A DNA stretch of 64,000 nucleotides, from the NCBI GenBank assembly GCA_002269645.1, contig NIVC01003253.1:1163-65162 (forward strand), given 5' to 3'. Below, piece after piece: positions 59,479 through 64,000 of the stretch. The notes beneath the pieces are model-generated. The model was not told the origin of the DNA and searched no databases. It saw only the letters and a program-made list of their open reading frames with translations. Both the position numbers and the translations under genes were made by a program. The DNA is from Macrostomum lignano (lineage: Eukaryota). The number at the start of each line of letters is the position of its first letter. Positions within the stretch are counted from its first letter, which is position 1.

Positions 59479-60850
59479 TCAGTGCTTCTTCATCGCCTTC
59501 TTAATCAGCATCAACCGCTGCCGGTGCGCCTCAGTTGTCAACTGCTTCCGCGGAGCCCGCAACGCGCCGCCGCCGCCGCTCGGTCCGGTCTCGGCTGCGA
59601 AGCCGGGCACCTCGATGCCGTAGTGCCGCTCGACAACTAAAGCGACGTCTTTGGCCTCCAGCACCGAGGAGCCGCGGTGCTTGGCCAGCTGGCAGGCCTG
59701 GTGCGCCACGGCGTCAACAAAATCGTCGGCCAGCTCAAGCAGCAGGTCGGACACCTCGTCGTCAAGCAGCAGCGTCGGATCCAGCTGCTTGGCCAGGTCG
59801 GCCAGCTGGCGCGGCTCCACCTGCCTGCGGGTCGGGGTGGGGGTGAATGTGAGGTAACAGCTGGGGTGAATGTGAGGTGACAGCTGGGGTGAATGTGAGG
59901 TAACAGCTGGGGTGAATGTGAGGTGACAGCTGGGTGAATGTGAGGTGACAGCTGGGGTGAATGTGAGGTGACAGCTGGGGTGAATGTGAGGTGACAGCTG
60001 GGGTGAATGTGAGGTGACAGCTGGGGTGAATGTGAGGTGACAGCTGGGGTGAATGTGAGGTGACAGCTGGGGTGAATGCGGGGTGACAGCTGGGGGTGAA
60101 TGTGGTGACGGAGCTGGGGTGAATGTGGTGACGGAGCTGGGGTGAATGTGGTGACAAAGCTGGGGAGAATGTGGTGACAAAGCTGGGGAGAATGTGAAGT
60201 GACGGAGCTGGGGAGAATGTGAAGTGACGGAGCTGAGGAGAATGTGAAGTGACGGAGCTGGGAGAATGTGAAGTGACGGAGCTGAGGAGAATGTGAAGTG
60301 ACGGAGCTGGGGTGACGGAGCTGCGGTAAAAGTGAGGTGACAGCAGGGGAGAGTGTGAGATGACAACTGGGGTGAATTTGAGATGACAGCTGGGGTGAAT
60401 GTAGGGAGACAGTTGGGGTGGGTGAATGCGGTCAGAAAAGCAGGATTGGGCTGAGCTTTACTTGTTGGCATTGGCAGTGGCGGCCAGGCCGGTCGCAGAA
60501 GCGGCAGCGGGGGACGTAGCGGCGGGCGCGGCAATGACGGTGGCGCCAGGAGGCGCGGTTGCAATATTTGTAGTAACTCGTTGAGGCTGCGATACGGACA
60601 GCTGACTGGTTGTAGCCAGATGGGTCTGCTGCTGCTGCTGCTGCTGCATCTGGGCGGCGCTGATCTGCGGCATGTAGTGCCCGTGAATGACCTGGGCGCT
60701 GTGGCCAGGGCCGCCTGCCGGAGCCAGCACAGTCACGGACGGGGTTCCGCCGGAGACCGACACGGAGACTGGCACGGAGACGCCGCCTTGGACAGCTGAG
60801 GACAGTGGGATGCAGGTGGTCACCGTTTGATGCTGCTGCTGTTGAAGCAT
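59479..60850 (-). CDS. TAF12: TFIID subunit TAF12 (histone fold); two coding exons seen, 5' end uncertain
   Basis: Exons 60850-60462 and 59824-59479 join in phase 2 (AA|G). L-x-DLAKQLDP...DDEV-x-x-LLL-x-LADDFVD...ACQLAKHRGSSVLEAKDV-x-L-x-x-ER-x-Y-x-I-x-VPGF...TTEAHRQRL-x-LIKK is the TAF12 core. Confidence 0.93.
59838..60420. repeat. 23-bp minisatellite (GGGGTGAATGTGAGGTGACAGCT)n filling the TAF12 intron
   Basis: About 25 units, grading into GGAGAATGTGAAGTGACGGAGCT variants. Confidence 0.95.
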
Positions 60851-61254
60851 CCAACGCCACTAGTGGCACCGGAGACGGTCACGTAGGTTGTGGCGGTGGC
60901 CGGGCCCGCCGAGCTTTGGTTGAAGTTCTGCAATCAATTTGCAAACAGGACATAGATTCTTTCTGATTTACCTTGCAGATGACAACTATCAGGCAATTAT
61001 CAATAATTAAGCTTGACTTCAAGAGCCAAAGACAGCTTAACAGCTTAGTACATTTGTCCGTTTTCATCTTGTTAAAAAAGTTTCACTTTCTACGAAACCA
61101 GTGAAGTGTACGCTTTCCGAATTCCCGATGCGGAAATCAACATACAATATTATCGTAGCGGGTGCTTTTGAAAGAACTAAATTTCAAAGTTAAAATCTCA
61201 CCTAACTTCAAAACGCATAAATATCATCGGACTAAAATTTAATAAGACCTAAGC

Positions 61255-62165
61255 CTCACAATACCTAAACTTCACAAGACCTAAACTTACAAGACCAAAC
61301 TTCACAAGACCTAAACTTCACAAGACCTAAACTTTACAAGACCAAACTTCACAAGACCTAAACCTCACAAGACCTAAACCTCACAAGACCTAAATTTCAC
61401 AAGACCTAAACCTCACAAGACCTAAACTTCACAAGACCTAAACTTTACAAGACCAAACTTCACAAGACCTAAACCTCACAAGACCTAAACCTCACAAGAC
61501 CTAAATTTCACAAGACCTAAACCTCAAAAGACCTAAACCTCACAAGACCTAAACTTCACAAGACCTAAACTTCACCATACCTAAACTTCACAATACCTAA
61601 ACTTTACAAGACCTAAGCCTCACAAGACCTAAACTTCACAAGACCTAAACTTCACAAGACCTAAACTTTACAAGACCAAACTTCACAAGACTAAACCTCA
61701 CAAGACCTAAACCTCACAAGACCTAAATTTCACAAGACCTAAACCTCAAAAGACCTAAACCTCACAAGACCTAAACTTCACAAGACCTAAACTTTACAAG
61801 ACCAAACTTCACAAGACCTAAACCTCACAAGACCTAAACCTCACAAGACCTAAATTTCACAAGACCTAAACCTCAAAAGACCTAAACCTCACAAGACCTA
61901 AACTTCACAATACCTAAACTTCACAATACCTAAACTTTACAAGACCTAAACTTCAAAAGACCTAAACTTCACAAGACCTAAACTTCACAAGACCTAAACT
62001 TCACAAGACCTAAACCTCACAATACCTAAACTTCACAGGACCTAAACCTCAAAAGACCTAAACCTCACAAGACCTAAACCTCACAAGACCTAAACCTCAA
62101 AAGACCTAAACCTCACAAGACCTAAACTTCACAGGACCTTAACTTCACAAGACTAACTTTTCGCA
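61255..62165. repeat. 16-bp minisatellite (CACAAGACCTAAAC[T/C]T)n upstream of TAF12
   Basis: About 57 units, with repeated variant blocks. Confidence 0.97.
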
Positions 62166-63301
62166 ACACCTAAATCTCACAGGACATTCGAGAGCATTGG
62201 AGATTCGCGGTGATCCGGAGCTGATCTAATCTAGTTCAAAATGCTTAAATCAAAGAAAAAACTTCTGTATCTGAAAACTTAGAAATAAAATAAAATAATG
62301 AAAACTGCAAACAAGGGTCGAGTCAAATAGACATTGGCACACGGCCTCAGCCACATGCTGATAGGTCGGTACGGGCATGCGGAATCAGATTTATGTATAA
62401 TATATGAGTATAAGAGGCATCCCGAGAAAATACACTTACCATTTTAATAAGTAAAAAAAGTGCATACTGTTTAAAAAAACAATTTGAAGCAATATAAAGA
62501 TTACCAGTAATTACAGCCGCGTGTTAAATAACTATAGTGAAAACAATAGGCATTGTACAATAACTGTTGCAGGCAGCAAGTTTATAAAAAAACTTTGGCT
62601 AAGTAAATAATAAAAGTTCGAGTGTTAGCGCAGAGGTTAATCAGATCAAGAGAAATGCAAATTAGCATAGAGCCTGTATAATTAGTTACTATATAAATAT
62701 AATATTGAATGGAAGACCCATACATACTACTCATAGAAGAACAATAGTAGTAAGAATAAAAGTAGTGAGCAGTAGTGGCATGGCGCAGATCCAAATATAG
62801 ACAAAATGGGAAAATGGGAATAGAGTGGCAAATAATGAATGTAAAAATACTGAACAAATAAATACTTTTCTTGCATACTATTAGTAGGCTAGATCACATG
62901 AAATAAGTAAATAAATTCATTGGAAACTGTTGGAAGGCGCATAACAAATCAACTTTGCTAATACATACTTTGATAAATAGTGTATAAAAAATTCTAGAAA
63001 TGATCAATAGCGGCATAATTACAAAAGATTCAAAACTCTGATTTGTAGCAATTCGTTAGCAAAATATCGAAAATATCAAAAATTTGCAATGGCGATTACG
63101 AACTAGGATCAGAGGAATATCATTATAGGAAGTGCTTTGCAAAAAACCGATTTTCGGTAGATATGCTTTTATTGTGCATGTACAAGCTATATATGCATTT
63201 ACGTATGCAGCGATTAGGTCAGCTAAACTTCTTGACCACCTAGATTTGAAAGTTGTCGATGAAAGCGTTGTATAAAGCCTATTACAAATTTAGGGGGGGG
63301 G

Positions 63302-63712
63302 GGTTCATAACTCCGACACTTCATATCTCCGACACGTTATATTTCCGACATTCCATAACTCAGACACTTCATATCATCGACACTTCATATCTCCGACACT
63401 TCATATTTCCGACACTTCATATCTCTGACAATTCATATCTCCGACACTTCATATCTCTGACAATTCATATCATCGACACTTCATATTTCCGACACTTCAT
63501 ATCTCCGACACGTTATATTTCCGACATTCCATAACTCAGACACTTCATATCATCGACACTTCATATCTCCGACACTTCATATCTTCGACACTTCATATCT
63601 TCGACACTTCAGTTTAGCAGCCTCTTTCACAATTTTGAAACTTCATATCTCCGTTAGGGTTACACTCAGGCTTAGGTTTAGGCTTAGGGTTAAGCTTGTC
63701 GGAGAAATGAAA
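63302..63712. repeat. 16-bp array (CATATCTCCGACACTT)n closed by one inverted unit; possibly a small foldback element
   Basis: Array 63302-63610, then TTAGG[G/C/T] motifs at 63655-63692, then TGTCGGAGAAATGAA (63698-63712), the reverse complement of the unit with one mismatch. Confidence 0.75.
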
Positions 63713-63803
63713 TCACCTAATGAATTTGTCAACTCCAAAAGATGAATAACGAACGCCCGTCCAAAAAAAATGTTGGGGAGGGTCAGCTGACCACCTTGCC
63801 CAC

Positions 63804-64000
63804 CTATGGATCCGCCTGCTTGGCACTGTCAGTCGCTGCAGTCTCAATAGGCCCGTTGACTTCAAAGCGGAGTCGGTTGCAACGGAAGCGGCAGCAGCCA
63901 GCGACTGCAGCTGCATGGGCGGCATGGAAGCCCTGGCCAGGCGAGGCTTCGGCTTCGGCAGCGGCTTCGGCTTTGTCTTCGGCGCCGGAAGCGGCGGTAT
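63804..64000 (-). other. Possible coding exon of an unidentified Pro/Lys/Ala-rich protein entering from the right edge
   Basis: GC-rich open frame (IPPLPAPKTKPKPLPKPKPRLARASMPP...) with a candidate donor AG|GTGGGC at 63804/63803; no recognisable domain. Confidence 0.35.

Noticed and set aside
59479-60564. 361-aa single-exon TAF12 as given by the ORF track
   Set aside because: The His/Pro/Thr-rich middle is the intronic 23-bp array; GT-AG sites at 60461 and 59825 restore the proper frame.
63655-63692. Telomere or interstitial telomeric repeat
   Set aside because: Only a few degenerate TTAGG motifs, not a (TTAGGG)n tract.

Overview
Eukaryotic (animal) genomic DNA that is gene-sparse and saturated with minisatellites. 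GT-AG introns as short as 68-97 nt, G/C-ending codons in exons and a different tandem repeat in most introns are consistent with a Macrostomum-like flatworm (inference only). Genes reconstructed by hand: the 5' exons of an SLC44/CTL choline transporter-like gene (-), an intronless SLC16/MCT transporter (+), an intronless cationic ependymin-related protein (-), a 21-22 exon type IV diacylglycerol kinase (DGKZ/rdgA-like, +) with a probable alternative first exon and an intronless FABP nested antisense in intron 2, and TAF12 (-). Mobile DNA: a head-to-tail dimer of non-autonomous Helitrons (A|TC...CTAG|TC...CTAG|T), each carrying two satellite arrays, plus a rearranged third copy; a 1.8-kb long-TIR element with an 8-bp TSD carrying a decayed, intron-containing Ulp1-protease/PHD-finger gene; a 5'-inverted RTE LINE with an 11-bp TSD; hAT-like MITEs; and a gypsy gag remnant. 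The most striking pattern is small introns inflated by private minisatellites, two of which multiply the splice donor itself. No prokaryotic system, CRISPR array, rRNA or tRNA was seen.
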